Positions 11,403 to 23,053 of a stretch of 64,000 bases of DNA are shown in pieces. Origin of the DNA: Emiliania huxleyi CCMP1516 (Eukaryota); contig NW_005201092.1 in assembly GCF_000372725.1 (NCBI RefSeq), forward strand, positions 532,564 to 596,563. The letters run 5' to 3'. The notes below the pieces were generated by a model, which was given only the letters and a program-made list of their open reading frames with translations, did not search any database and was not told the DNA's origin. Every line of letters begins with the position of its first letter. Position 1 is the first letter of the stretch. A program made the translations under genes and the position numbers.

Positions 11403-12446
11403 TTAGCGACCACCCCCCAGCGGGAGCGACGAGAGGATGTGCTCTCCTCCCTGCAGCACCGCCTCCATCAAGGCCGGCGGCGGCAGAGGCGAGGGCGGCG
11501 GCGAGGGCGGCGGCGGGGGCGCCGGTGCGCAGCCGGCGGTCGGCTTCAGCCGCCAGCTCTTTGCCCAGTGCGCCTCGCTCTGGCTGCACCTGTACGAGTC
11601 GACCCACTCCCGGTACCGCGAGACTCGGGTGTAGACGCCGGGCGTGAGCGGCTCGGCGCAGCCAAAGCCCCAGGAGGTGACTCCGACGAGCACGGGGACG
11701 CCGTCGTCGCCGACGCGGAAGAGCGGCCCGCCCGAGTCGCCCGCACACGCGTCCACTCCGCCGAGCAGGTTGCCGGCGCACATCTCGGGCCCGTCCAGGT
11801 ACGGGCAGAGCCCAAGGAAGCCAAAGATGGGGCCGCAGAGCAGGGCGTTGCACTCGCTCGAGCCAAAGGTCCTGACCTCGGCCTCGTGCAGCACGCCGGG
11901 GGTGATGGTGGTGCCGAACAGTGGGTAGTACGACGGGTCGTAGAGTGCGCCCCATCCGGCGACGGTCAGCTCATTGCCGGGCCCGCTGTTCTCGCCGTGG
12001 TCCAGCGTCGCAAAGGCGATCTGGTCGGAGCACTTGACGGCGTCGCTCAGGACCAGCAGCGCGAGATCGTTCTGGACGGTGTCTGGGTCGTACTCTGGGT
12101 GCGGCACCAGCTGAGCCACAGCCACGGTGTCGCCGCACTCCGGATTGTCCACCTCTGGGTCGAGATATTCGGGCTGGTCGGGCCCCATTGGCGTCGAAAG
12201 GGTGTGACGCGAGGACGAGACCTGGTAGACTGCGGGATTGCTGCTCTCGGTGATGCAGTGGGCCGCAGTGAGGACCAGGTTGGGCGACACGAGGCTGCCG
12301 CCGCAGAAGAACTCGCCGTCCTTCAATAGCGCAACGACAAACGGATAGCGGTTGAAGGAGGTCTCAACGCCGCCGACGACGCGCGGCCGAGGCTCCTCGA
12401 AGAGCCGCAGCGGGAGAGCGGTCGCAGCCGTCGCCAGGGAGAGCAT
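11403..12446 (-). CDS. Secreted trypsin-like serine protease (peptidase S1)
   Basis: Signal-like N-terminus, R|VVGG activation site, CGGSL, LTAAHC, DLALL, GDSGGP, SWGFGC, PGVYTRVS; Pro-rich tail. Confidence 0.95.
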   Translation of the reverse strand: MLSLATAATALPLRLFEEPRPRVVGGVETSFNRYPFVVALLKDGEFFCGGSLVSPNLVLTAAHCITESSNPAVYQVSSSRHTLSTPMGPDQPEYLDPEVDNPECGDTVAVAQLVPHPEYDPDTVQNDLALLVLSDAVKCSDQIAFATLDHGENSGPGNELTVAGWGALYDPSYYPLFGTTITPGVLHEAEVRTFGSSECNALLCGPIFGFLGLCPYLDGPEMCAGNLLGGVDACAGDSGGPLFRVGDDGVPVLVGVTSWGFGCAEPLTPGVYTRVSRYREWVDSYRCSQSEAHWAKSWRLKPTAGCAPAPPPPPSPPPSPLPPPALMEAVLQGGEHILSSLPLGGGR

Positions 12447-12546
12447 GAGTGATCAGGGGCGGTGGTTAGGAGCTCAACGAGTGAGCAGTGCAGGCAAGCT
12501 CCGACGAGCGCGACTTGGCTGCCAAGGATGTCGGTGTCCCGCCTCA

Positions 12547-12593
12547 GCTTTTTTTTTTGAGAGCGCCTTCGTTGTTAATAGTACAAACCCAAT
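12547..12593 (-). repeat. Poly(A)-tailed 3' end of a retroposed element; inverted copy at about 55448-55490
   Basis: attgggtttgtactattaacaacgaaggcgctctc followed by an A-run at both loci. Confidence 0.7.
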
Positions 12594-12924
12594 TGTTGTG
12601 GGAGGGGGAGGGGGAGGCGGGCTAGAGGGGGAGGCGGCGGCGGGGGGGAGGAGGAGGAGGTGGGAGGGGGAATGGAAGTGTCCGCACGGGACCGCGGCAT
12701 TTATGCGACTTGACTCTTGCGAAACACACGATACACGTGGTATCTCTCCCCCCATCGTGGACTTGGGGGCAGCCGGCCGCCCCGTGAGACTGACCGGCGC
12801 AGCCTCTGCCAGCTCTGCAGCCTCGCGCAGCGCCGCCTGCTCCGCCGCACCCGCTAGCTCAGCCGCCTCGCGCTCTGCTCGCCTCGCAGCCTCCTGCTCA
12901 GCAGCCAGCCGCGCCGCCAGGCTG

Positions 12925-13290
12925 GAAGTGGACGCAGTACTACGACGCGAAGTGGGTCAAGAAAGCCATAACGCGGCTGGTGCTCGTGGAAACTTTGGGT
13001 GGCATTGCGCCGCCCACCAAGCAGTTCCTCCACGTGTTCGCCAAGGAAGCGGTGGGCACCAACACGGTTCCGGACGGTGTAATGGGGCGGCGTCGGCGAG
13101 CGCCTCCTCCTTTGTCGTCGTCCACCACACGCAGCAGATCTCCATGGCGGCGGTGGCGGGCGACGCCGAAACCATCAACAAGCAGGCGCGCAAGAACCAA
13201 GATGCGTACCAACTTGATCAACTCCCCCGAGAGGCGAGAGTGCCAATTGGGTCAACGTCAAGAACAAGCAAGAGCAAGTAACGGGTTGTC
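12925..13290 (+). mobile_element. Degenerate C-terminal fragment of a non-LTR retrotransposon (restriction-like endonuclease type)
   Basis: LVETLGGIAP followed, after a frameshift, by SFVVVHHTQQISMAAVAGDA, resembling the E-x-x-G-G ... Q-x-I-S tail of RLE-type LINE ORFs. Confidence 0.5.
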
Positions 13291-13430
13291 ACGCGTGCCC
13301 GTGCCGTTAAGTTCCGCGGACGTGGGCCCCTCCACCCTTCATGTACGGATCACGTACTCGAGTAGTCTCCACAGACGCTGTCGTGGGATCGCTTGTCATG
13401 TGGGCCGCCGGTTTTTTTGACTTCTTTTTT

Positions 13431-13611
13431 AATAACTTTCGCATGCTCAGCACCTGGACGAGGTCACATGGACAACCAAGAATTGGCACGGCCTGCAAAT
13501 GCAGCGTTTGTCAGTCGTCCTCCACACCGCTGTGGCGTGGCAGACGGTGAACGAGCTAGCGTGCGGGGAGAGCGGCATTGTGCATGGTGCGGAGTGCATT
13601 GCCGTTCTTAA
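13431..13611 (+). mobile_element. Non-LTR retrotransposon 3' fragment (same family as 40529-41003 and 37261-37426), interrupted by the Harbinger element
   Basis: Encodes HAQHLDEVTWTTKNWHGLQMQRLSVVLHTAVAWQTVNELA, as in ORF 40624..41034. Confidence 0.8.
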
Positions 13612-14684
13612 GAGGTTCACGAGAGTTGAACTCTACCCAGCTGCCGAGGTGGGCAGATAGCGGCGTAGCCAGAAAGAGTGTAACCGAGGGCGGCTGATCG
13701 TGCTTGACTGTAGCAGAGTGTAAACAAGGCCAACCTCGGCACGGCCACACTCGGCCACACTCTACCACGCACCCCGACCCCGAGATGAGCCCTTCCCACC
13801 TGGCACTCGATGTGACTGAGTGTGGCAGAGTCCGTGCAGTCAGAGGGTGCCTTCGTTCGGCATCGAAGAGTGTTCATGAGCACGGCCGACTGTGCCCGAC
13901 TGTGGCCGAGTATTACTGAGGGCGGAAGATAGCAGCAGAGTGCAGCAGAGTGCAGCAGAGTGCAGCAGAGTGCAGCAGAGTGCGGCTGAGTGCGGCTGAG
14001 TGCGGCTGAGTCTGGCGGATAGTCCTGGACCACGCAGCACGGATGGAGCCGCCGGGCGCAGCAGGCCATCGAGCCACCGCACGGAGGCGCGGGCCGCGTC
14101 TCCCCGCCAGCCCTCTTGTTCGAGTCTCGCACCCACCGTGCCGGCGGCCCGGCGGCCGCCGCGCCTGCCGCCTCCTTCCCGAATGCACAGCCCCCGGCTC
14201 GCGCCGGGCCGCTCTCCGCGACCAGTCAGAGCAGCCTGTCCTACTCGGTCACGCGACGACAGCGGCACGCGAGCGCGGCCCTCGCCACGGCCGCGACAAT
14301 ACAAGAGCTGGCCAAAGGCTGCGCGGCAGCGGCGAGACGCACATCGCAGCGGCCGAGGCAGCGCGCACCCGCCGAGCGTAGACTGCCTACACGCAGGCCG
14401 TGCATGTGAGCTCTCCAACGTACGCGCCGTGCGGCACGACCAAAGACCTACGCCTATCCGGCGAGACAAAAGAGCACCGACGGCGACGCCACACATCCGT
14501 GAAGGTGTTTAGGTGCACGTCGGCCTCTCGTGCCGTGCGCAGGAAGAGAGAGGCGCTGCCAGAAGCTCGTGACGCGGCGAAGTGGTAGAAAGATCGTCGG
14601 GGAGCGCCAGCGCTGGCTAAAAGCCCGACGAAGCTGTGCGGCGTCGCTCTCGGCGAGCATATAAAAAACAAATAGAGGAGTATA

Positions 14685-15618
14685 CTAGTGGGGCCACGGC
14701 CCAAACGAGCGAAACCGCTGGAAGCGGCGCAGCTCCAGGGCGCTCACGTGGCCAACAATCTTCATGACTGTGGCGAGCTCCTCAACGCTATGCGTGAAGG
14801 CCCGCCCTTGGGCGAAGAGCTGATGCCGCTTCACGTAGCGCACCACATTCTCAACCCGGTTCCGAATACGCTCATGAGCGCGATTAAAGCGCCTCTTATC
14901 GATGCGTCGTCCGGGACCGTTCATCTGGTTCTTCTTGAACTTGGTGAGGATGCCACGGCAGCCAACGTAGCCGAGATCTCCCAGCCAGCGCTCACCGTGT
15001 CGGAACCGGTGCTGACGGCGTGTCCTGCGCCAGATTGTGGCGTCAGAATCAGACCCCAGGTGTGGGCCTGTCCACAAGACAATTGCACCAAGAAAGGTGA
15101 TGCCAAGCTGCCACTTGTACACGTGCCTTTGGGGATCAGGGCAGAGGGAGGGTAAGCAGGCTGGGAGCAGTCAGTTACTGCAGCAGGAGCTCTCCGGAAG
15201 GCAGAGGGCAGACAGATTGGCAGTCCTATGATAGTGAATTGTAGGCCTAGAGCAGATATCGTAGGAACCTCTTGTATTTGTGCGCATAGAGCAGTGTCGC
15301 TTCCGCCCAGCGGGATGGCTCCGTCACGTAGATGGGCAAGGTGTCCACCACGCTCGTGTACATTGTATCGAAAAAGGGCGCGTGGTTGTATGGATCGTAG
15401 CGATCCTGGCTTCGCACCTCGTTCAAATTAGCAGCAAATGCCTCGGCTACCGGCACCACCTCAGCGTACCACGTTGCATCACTGACACCGTTCCAGTTGC
15501 CTGGAATATTGCCATTGCCGACGAGCGACCACTCCTCCTCCCGGCCGATATGGAGCGCGAGGTGAATCCACATGAAATAACAGTACAGGTAAACGAGCCG
15601 AAATGGCGAGGCGCCCAC
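14685..15618 (-). CDS. DDE_Tnp_4 (Harbinger/IS5-like) transposase, one intron (15268-15127); 5' end uncertain or disrupted
   Basis: SVVDTLPIYV...YAHKYKR|HVYKWQLGI...SDSDATIW...LGDLGY...FNRAHERIRNRVENV; an in-frame TGA lies just upstream at 15625-15627. Confidence 0.85.
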
Positions 15619-16294
15619 TTGTGTTCATATTACGTGCCGATTGCGCGCGCGCTTTTGGCCCAAAACGCATATTTGAGATCGTAAGTATTTTTCAACGCCG
15701 CCGGAAGTCGTCATGCGTGGGTCATCTGCAATGAGAATGATTGGGAGATGTGAGCTTCATGGAGGCTCGACGTTGGGGCACTAGCTGCCTAATTAATGAG
15801 GTGGTGCGGCGTCTGCCGGTCTGCGAATGCTCTGGAGCATAGAATGCCAGCTGCAACCCGCGCGACTTTGGCCTTTGTTTGCGCGTGGGGCGCGATGCTA
15901 ACGCTACAGTCGAGTATCGGCTCGTGGAGCTCGAGCGGAGGGAGGCTGGAGGACGTTGGGCGTCGTGAGAACTGAACGGGGAGGGGGGGTCTGGCGTGGA
16001 TGGAGGAGTTCACTTTTATATATCACCTGGTTATAGCACCATGCTTGGACAAACTGAGAATAGGCTCAGTCTGTTCACGCTTGGACAGAAAGAGAAAATG
16101 AAAAATAGGCATGGCCTCTTCGCCCAGGGGCGGGCCGCCTTCAGATTCACGCATAGCGTTGAGGAGCTTGCCACAGTTGAGGAAGATTGTTGGCCACGTG
16201 AGCGCCCTGGAGCTGCGCCGCTTCCAGCGGTTTCGCTCATTTGGGCCGTGGCCGCACTAGGCATTCGAGGTTATTTTTTTATGCCCCCGAGCGT

Positions 16295-16550
16295 ACCGTG
16301 GTCGCAAGTTGGCGACCACGCGACCAGCTGGCCGTATGTTGGCGACCATATAGGGTTTTTGGTCGCGTGGTCGCTGGTCGTACTTTGGCGACCACTCTGG
16401 TCTCTGCCAGAGTGGTCGTGACCGTGGTCGCAAGTTGGCGACCACGCGACCAGCTGGCCGTATGTTGGCGACCATATAGGGTTTCTGGTCGCGTGGTCGC
16501 TGGTCGTATGATGGCGACCACCCACGCGACCACGTGGTCGTGACCGTGGT
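16295..16550. repeat. Tandem repeat (about 126 bp x2) rich in short gaccac/gtggtc palindromic motifs, inside the transposon
   Basis: accgtggtcgcaagttggcgaccacgcgaccagctggccgtatgttggcgaccatatagggttt at about 16295 and 16421. Confidence 0.9.
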
Positions 16551-17660
16551 TCTAATTCTGTTTCTTCTTTCTCAAAACAGGCACCGAGGACTCAGACCAT
16601 TTCGTCCGTCGAGGCACTTCTCCGAACAACGCTTTGTCGAGATCCGGAGATCTACCTCTGAAAAACCTCTCGACTCGTGCCCCCCAAAAGCGTAAAAAAC
16701 ATCTTGGAGAAGCGAATTGCGACCGTCCCTCCTCGCGCCGTGAGAGCACCAGCTTCGTCGGGCTTTTAGCCAGCGCTGGCGCTCCCCGACGATCTTTCTA
16801 CCACTTCGCCGCGTCACGAGCTTCTGGCAGCGCCTCTCTCTTCCTGCGCACGGCACGAGAGGCCGACGTGCACCTAAACACCTTCACGGATGCGTGGCGT
16901 CGCCGTCGGTGCTCTTTTGTCTCGCCGGATAGGCGTCGGTCTTTGGTCGTGCCGCACGGCGCGTACGTTGGAGAGCTCACATGCATGGCCTGTGTGTAGG
17001 CAGTCTACGCTCGGCGGGTGCGCGCTGCCTCGGCCGCTGCGATGTGCGTCTCGCCGCTGCCGCGCAGCCTTTGGCCAGCTCTTGTATTGTCGCGGCTTTG
17101 GCGAGGGCCGCGCTCGCGTGCCGCTGTCGTCGCGTGACCGAGTAGGACAGGCTGCTCTGACTGGTCGCGGAGAGCGGCCCGGCGCGAACCGGGGGCTGTG
17201 CATTCGGGAAGGAGGCGGCAGGCGCGGCGGCCGCCGGGCCGCCCGCACGGTGGGTGCGAGACTCGAACAAGAGGGCTGGCGGGGAGACGCGGCCCGCGCC
17301 TCCGTGCGGTGGCTCAGTGCTTCCGTGCCGGTGGATTGTGTGTGCTGCCACGCCACTGACTGGCCGCTTCCGTCCCAACGAATTCTCTGGGTGTGACCGA
17401 GTGTGGCCGAGTTCGTGTGCTGACTGTGTGCGCAACCGGACGACCATTTGATTCCCACCTGCACTCAACCACACTCTGCTGCACTCCTTCACTGTAACAG
17501 AGTTTGACCGATTGAGGCCGAGTGTGCTGGAGGGTGCCATCGCGTGGCAGAGCCCGCCAGAGGGCGACCGCGTCGTAAAAATGTGTAGAGTTCAACTCTC
17601 GTGAACCTCTAACGGAGCTGAGAGGAAGAGCTCCACTCTCCGCCCAATCGTCCGCAGCAG

Positions 17661-20600
17661 ATGGCTTCAGCCGCCGCCGCCGAGGAGGAGGCGACTCTCG
17701 AGGCGCTCGCGTACACGCTCATCCGCATCACGTCTCTGCTGCTGCTCGGCTACGTCTCCGCACGGCACCTCCTGCCACCCGGCGCGCAGAGCGGCATCAG
17801 CGCCTTTGTCGGCACCCTCGCGCTTCCTGCGCTGCTCTTCTCCTCCATCGCCATTCTGCAGTGGGATGCCGTCGACTGGACCATCGTGGCCGCAGTCATG
17901 CTCGCCAAGGCACTGACCCTCGCCTGCTGCGTCGGCGTCGGCGTGCTGATCACCCCTCGCCCCGCAAACGCCGGGGCCGAGATCCTCAACGGCGCCGTGC
18001 TTGCTCTCCTCGCCGTCTCTTCGGACGACCTCGGGCTCGGTCTCCCCGTGATGAGCGCGCTCTACGGCCGCGGCTCGCGCTACGTGAGCCAGCTGTTCGT
18101 CATCGTGCCGCTGCACAACCTGCTCGTCAACCCCGCCCTGCTCTCGCTCCTCGCGCTCGGCTGTGCACAGCGCTCCTCGGCCGGAGGAGGCCGCGCCGAG
18201 CTCGGCCCCATCCTGCGGGGCGTGCTGCGCGGGCTCGCCGGCAACCCGCTCGTCCTCGCCGTCCTCGCCGGCCTCGCCACCAACCTCGCAGGCGACACCA
18301 CGCCCAACCTCCCACTCCACCTCGCCCTCGACCGCTCCACCACCCACTCCACCTCGGTTTCCACCTCCCGCGAGGAGAGGCGCGACCCGAGATGCGAGGA
18401 GCCTGCTCGGAACATTCTCGGAACCTTCTCGGAGCTTTCTGACAGGCGTGGCGAGGAGGGGGCACGCGCCGACGGCGCTGCCGAGGGCGCTGGCGGAGGT
18501 CTCGTCTGCGCTTGGCGCGGCTCCACCTCCGCCACCCAGAGTGGTTCCCGCCCGCCGAGTAGAGAATAACAAGTGTGTGTGTCGTTTCTCTGGTCGTCAG
18601 GCGTCTACCCGCCCCGCCGCCAAGTGGTTTCGCCTTGCGTGCGTGTGTGATCATTCCGCTCTCTTTGCTCAGGCGACGCCTACCCCGCCACGGTGCTCGT
18701 GCTCGCGGGCATGGCCTCGGTGGGCTCCTCCCGCCCGCTGGGCTTGCACAGCCTCACGCCCCTCCAGCCACCTGCCAGGGACCCGGCTGAGGACCCTCTC
18801 CCAAGGTTGGCTCCTCCGAGCCGCTGCTGTCGGCCCGCTCGCTCGCGACTCCGGCGCCCGCCCTCGTCGTCCAAGCCCGTCGCCGGCTGTGAACGCGGCG
18901 TCTCTTCACAGCCCATCGACTGTGAGCACAGGCGCTCGCCGTCCTGCTCAAGTGCGCCGTCTTCCCGCTGGCGACGCGCACGCTCGCCCTCGCCCTCGGC
19001 CCGCTCGTGTCCGGAGCCGCGACGCCGACGGCGACGACCCGCCTCGCCCGCTCGCCGAGGAGTGGCGCGGTCGGGCCACACACCCACAAACTCACCGGCT
19101 CTCCGTACCCCGATGGCTTCAGGAGACGCTCGACTTTGCCTTCCTCTACGGCACTCTCGCCACCTCCAACGTCGCGCTCGTCATCGCCTCCTGCTACGAG
19201 CTCGCGCCAAAGGCCCATATCTCCCCATATCTCCCCATATCTCCCCATATCTCCTGCTACGAGCTCGCGCCAAAGGCCCGCAGCCGTGCTGTTGTGATGT
19301 AGCTCTACCACCGCAGTGTCACTGCTACTCGCCCCGTCGCCGTGCTGCTCCTGTGCTTGGACGCATCACCATTCTCACGCGGCGGAGATTGCCTCTTGTG
19401 ACTTGCCTAAACCTCCGCCTGTCCCCGCGCGCAGACCGTCGGCCTCGTCGCCGCCACCCTCTCCCTCAGCAAGCTCGTCGGCTTCCCGCCCGCCCTCGCC
19501 TCCGCTGCCTGCCTGCGGCCCGCGCTTCCCTCACACCTCTAGCCGTGGGTGCAGGCTTCCCGCTCCTCCTCGTGTCCGCCGCCGTCTACCAGCTCTCCTC
19601 GCCCGCCAGCGCGATCGCCGTCTCCACCAACCTCGAGCGAGCGACGCAGTTCGCCTCACTCACCCTCCGGCCTCCTCCGACCCCGCGACCCTTCCCGGAC
19701 CCTTCTCCCCGAACTCTCTCCGTAGCGGCATCTCGCTCCTCTCCTGCGCCATGGTGCTCGCCGGCGGAACGCTGCAGGGCGCGTGGCGGCCACCTGCCCC
19801 CGCGGGCGTGCGCAGGCCAGGCGGCGCCGCGAGCCCAGCGGCCACGGTCGGTTCTCTTGTGCAGTTGCTCACTGCTGCTACTACAGGCAAGGCGGCGCTC
19901 CGAGCTCGACGGCGACGCTCCGGCGGGTGGGCGTGCTGGCGGTGCGCTGCAGCGCTGCTGGTCCACAGCGACGCTCAGTCTGCTGTGAACAGCGTCTCTC
20001 TTCATGCAGCCGCCGACTGCGGAACAGGCGCTGCAGCTCTGCTGGTCCACAGCGATGCTCTGCGTGAGCGCGGATCGCCTCCGCGCCGCCGCACCGGCCG
20101 AAGCGAAGGCCGTGGCTCCAGCTTCACTTCGGTACGGACTGGACTCGCATCCCGTACCGTCTCGAAAGAATGCGCGAGTAGGTGCTCTTCGCCCTCATCT
20201 CGAGTCTGCGGTGGGCCGTCGACTCCTTCCTCGTCGCGGTCGCCGTCGCGCCGCGCCTCAGTTGCCGGGCGCAGCTGCTGGCCGCCGCTGCCGTCGCAGC
20301 CGCCGCCACGGCGCCGGTGATCGCGGCGTGGCCTGCGGTGTGGCGCGAGGCTGCGCTGCCGCAGTGGGTGCTCAGCGAGGGACACGCGTCGGCGTGCGCT
20401 GTCGCCTACCTCGCCTTCGCCCTCGCCCTCGCCGCCGCGAGCTCGCGGTCGCTCGCGCGGGCTCGCGCCGTCTCCTCTGCGAGGCGGCGGGTGGCAGTCG
20501 CCATCCACGCGACCACTGCGCTGCGGGCGGCAGGCCGCCAGTACCAGCAGCAGGAGGACGAGCCGCAGCAGCAGCCCGCCGACGAGTCGCCGCGCCCGAA

Positions 20601-21402
20601 GCCGAGCTTCCTCAAGTCCGTGAGCAATTTGGGCGCGGCCCTGAGCCGCAGTCTGGACACGCGGCTCGGCGAGCTGTCCTTCACTCCGGCGGACGCGGCC
20701 AGTGCTGGCGCCGCGGAGGAGCCCGCGCCGGGTCGTAAGCCGCACCAGCTGAAGCCGCACCCCGACTCCTCGACTACTACGCCGCCGCCGTCGCCGCCGA
20801 CATCGCCGCCGCTGTCGCCGCCGACATCGCCGCCGCCGTCGCCGCCGATATCGCCGCCCGCGCCTGCAGAGCTCCCGAACAGCGACGGAGCGAAGCCCCC
20901 GCCGGGGAGGGGCACCTGCGTCCGCGATGACGACGCGCTTGCGACGAGCCCGGCGGATATATCTAGCGTCGCCGCGGTGCGTGTGCAAAAGCTGATTCGC
21001 GGGCGTGTCGGCCGCCATCGTTCCTTCAAGGTGCAGCAGGCGAGTGCCGACGGCCTGGCGCTGCGGCTGAGAATGCTCACGATTCTCTCGATGGTGCGCT
21101 TCGCCGCGCAAGCGGCTGTGCTCTCGGCGACCACCCACCCGGCCTCGACGGACTCCGGCGCCGCCCTCCTCTTCGCCTCGCTCATGCTCGTCGACGGGCA
21201 GGGCGGCATCACCTTCCTCTTATTCGGGCTCACGCCCCGTCTCAACGCAGTCGGCCCCCTGCTACAAAAGTGCTTGGGGCGCCTGCACGCGGTGAATCCG
21301 TACAGCTCTCGCATGAGCTCTCGCTCCTGCTCGGCGGAGCTGCCCAGTGACGTCCGGAGGAGGGCGAAGGTGACGGCGCGTCGCTCGATGCTTTATGCTT
21401 AG
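17661..21402 (+). CDS. GPR155/LYCHOS-like protein: auxin-efflux-carrier (Mem_trans/PIN-like) domain fused to a C-terminal multi-TM module; multi-exon
   Basis: FVGTLALPALLF, DDLGLGLPVMSALYG, LLVNP, NPLVLAVLAGL (AEC family); later GFPLLLVSA and a terminal helix LMLVDGQGGITFLLFGL like the GQG..FG motif of GPR155. Confidence 0.75.
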
Positions 21403-21656
21403 GCCGTAGCCCAAGCCGTCAATAGCATTTGGGTCGGAAGCGACTGATGAACTGTGAGAGTCGTGGTTTTCGAAAATATCTCTCTCTCTCTCTGATGAAA
21501 CCGCTCCGGGGTCAGGCAGAGATCTAGGGGCAACGGGTACCGCGACGCGAGTCGTGCTAGTTGAGCCCTTGAAGGATGAGGGGGGGGAACTCCTCGGAGT
21601 TATTTTTCCGACAAGCGCCTTGGAGGTCCTCATTTTCTTCTTTCTTCGCCTGCAGG

Positions 21657-22840
21657 ATGTGTATGCACATGTTACATTGGCCGCCCACCGCATCGGCGCC
21701 CGCCTGTCTGGCCTCTCGCCAGAGCAGCTCGTCGCCTTCATCGACGAGCAGGCGCCTCTCTGGAGCGCCGCCGCAATGCGCGTGGCGGAGGAGCACGCCG
21801 CTCGGCTCGTGGAGCAGCCCGAGTGGGTGCTCTCCGAGGTCCTCCTCTCGCCGGACCTCGCCCCGCACATCCTCGCCCAGCTTCCGACCAAGGAGCACGC
21901 CGCCAAGGGGACATGCCGCGCGTGGCGCCGCGGCTGGATAGAGACGCTGAAGAAGCGCGAGAGGCCGCGCCTGGTCGTGTTCTGCGGCTACGACGGCGAG
22001 GGCGAGTTTGTCAACTCGCTAGAGCGGTACGACCCGTCCACCAATCAGTGGGGGGAGGAGGCTGTGGCCCCGATGCCGACGGCACGAAACTATTTCCGCA
22101 CGGCGGTGCTCGACGGTAAGCCGTACGCTGTGGGCGGCGAGAATAACGACGAAGGCTGCCTCAGCTCGGTGGAGCGGTACATCCGGCTGCCAATGCGTGG
22201 GAGGCGGTGGCGCCGATGGCGACGGCTCGGCAAAATCACGCCGTGGCGGTGCTCGACGGCAAGCTGTACGCGGTGGGAGGCTGCATCGACGACGAAAACC
22301 TCAGCTCGGTAGAGCGGTACGATCCCGCGACGAATGCGTGGGAGGCGGTGGCGCCGATGGGGACGGCGCGGAGTGACCATGGCGTGGCGATGCTCGACGG
22401 CAAGCTGTACGCTGTGGGCGGATTCGATGGTGGCCGCCTCAGCTCGGTCGAACGGTACGATCCGGCGGCGAACGCGTGGGAGGAGGTGGCGCCGATGGCG
22501 GAGTCGCGGGACGAAGCTCGCAGTTTCGGTGCTCGACGGCAAGCTGTACGCTGTGGGCGGGTGGGATGCCATTTACAATCGCCTCAGCTCGGTGGAGCGG
22601 TACGACCCTACGTTGGATGCATGGGAGGCAGTGGCGCCGATGGCGACGACGCGGTACAGTCACGTCGTGGCGGTGCTGGATGGCAGGTTGTACGCTGTGG
22701 GAGGCTTCAACGACGGCGACGGCGACTTCGGCACGGTCGAGCAGTACGACCCGGCCGAGAATGTGTGGGAGGCGGTGGCGCCGATGGCGACGGCGCGAGG
22801 CGCTTCTATCGCGCGGAGTCTTGATGAATGTAGTGCCTAG
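21657..22840 (+). pseudogene. F-box-like plus Kelch repeat protein with two apparent frameshifts
   Basis: Repeated AVLDGKLYAVGG...LSSVERYDP..NAWEAVAPM spread over three frames (shifts near 22180 and 22510); N-terminal VLLSPDLAPHILAQL...CRAW. Confidence 0.8.
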
Positions 22841-23053
22841 TGCGGTCAGGTTTGACGTAGCCTGGCGTTTGTGCCCCGTTTCGCGTTTGTGCCGTGGGTG
22901 AGCATTTGACACGTCGACGAGTCCCTCAGTACGGCTTTATACGCAGCCAGACGCACGCTAGGACTCGCGCAGTGCGCGGCCAGACCATGCAGCCATGCTT
23001 CATGTGCAAGGTGTCGGGTGTGGGTCGCAAACAAGCTCGTCCGATATTCCTCT

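Larger units (their letters stand above)
14070..17315. repeat. About 565-bp internal inverted repeat arms (14070-14635 and 16751-17315)
   Basis: ORFs 14000..14512(+) and 16874..17464(-) translate almost identically; the nucleotide reverse-complement match is visible. Confidence 0.95.
13612..17609. mobile_element. PIF/Harbinger-type DNA transposon (about 4.0 kb) with 25-bp TIRs, TAA target-site duplication and long internal inverted arms
   Basis: TIR gaggttcacgagagttgaactctac at 13612-13636 and its reverse complement at 17585-17609; TAA at 13609-13611 and 17610-17612; the empty site gccgttcttaacggag is present (reverse strand) near 37365 and 40632; internal DDE transposase. Confidence 0.9.

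Noticed and set aside
16295..16550. Repeats that might be read as a CRISPR array (also 32780-32960, 38060-38475, 62228-62445)
   Set aside because: No unique spacers between constant repeats, no cas genes, eukaryotic context; these are tandem or minisatellite repeats.
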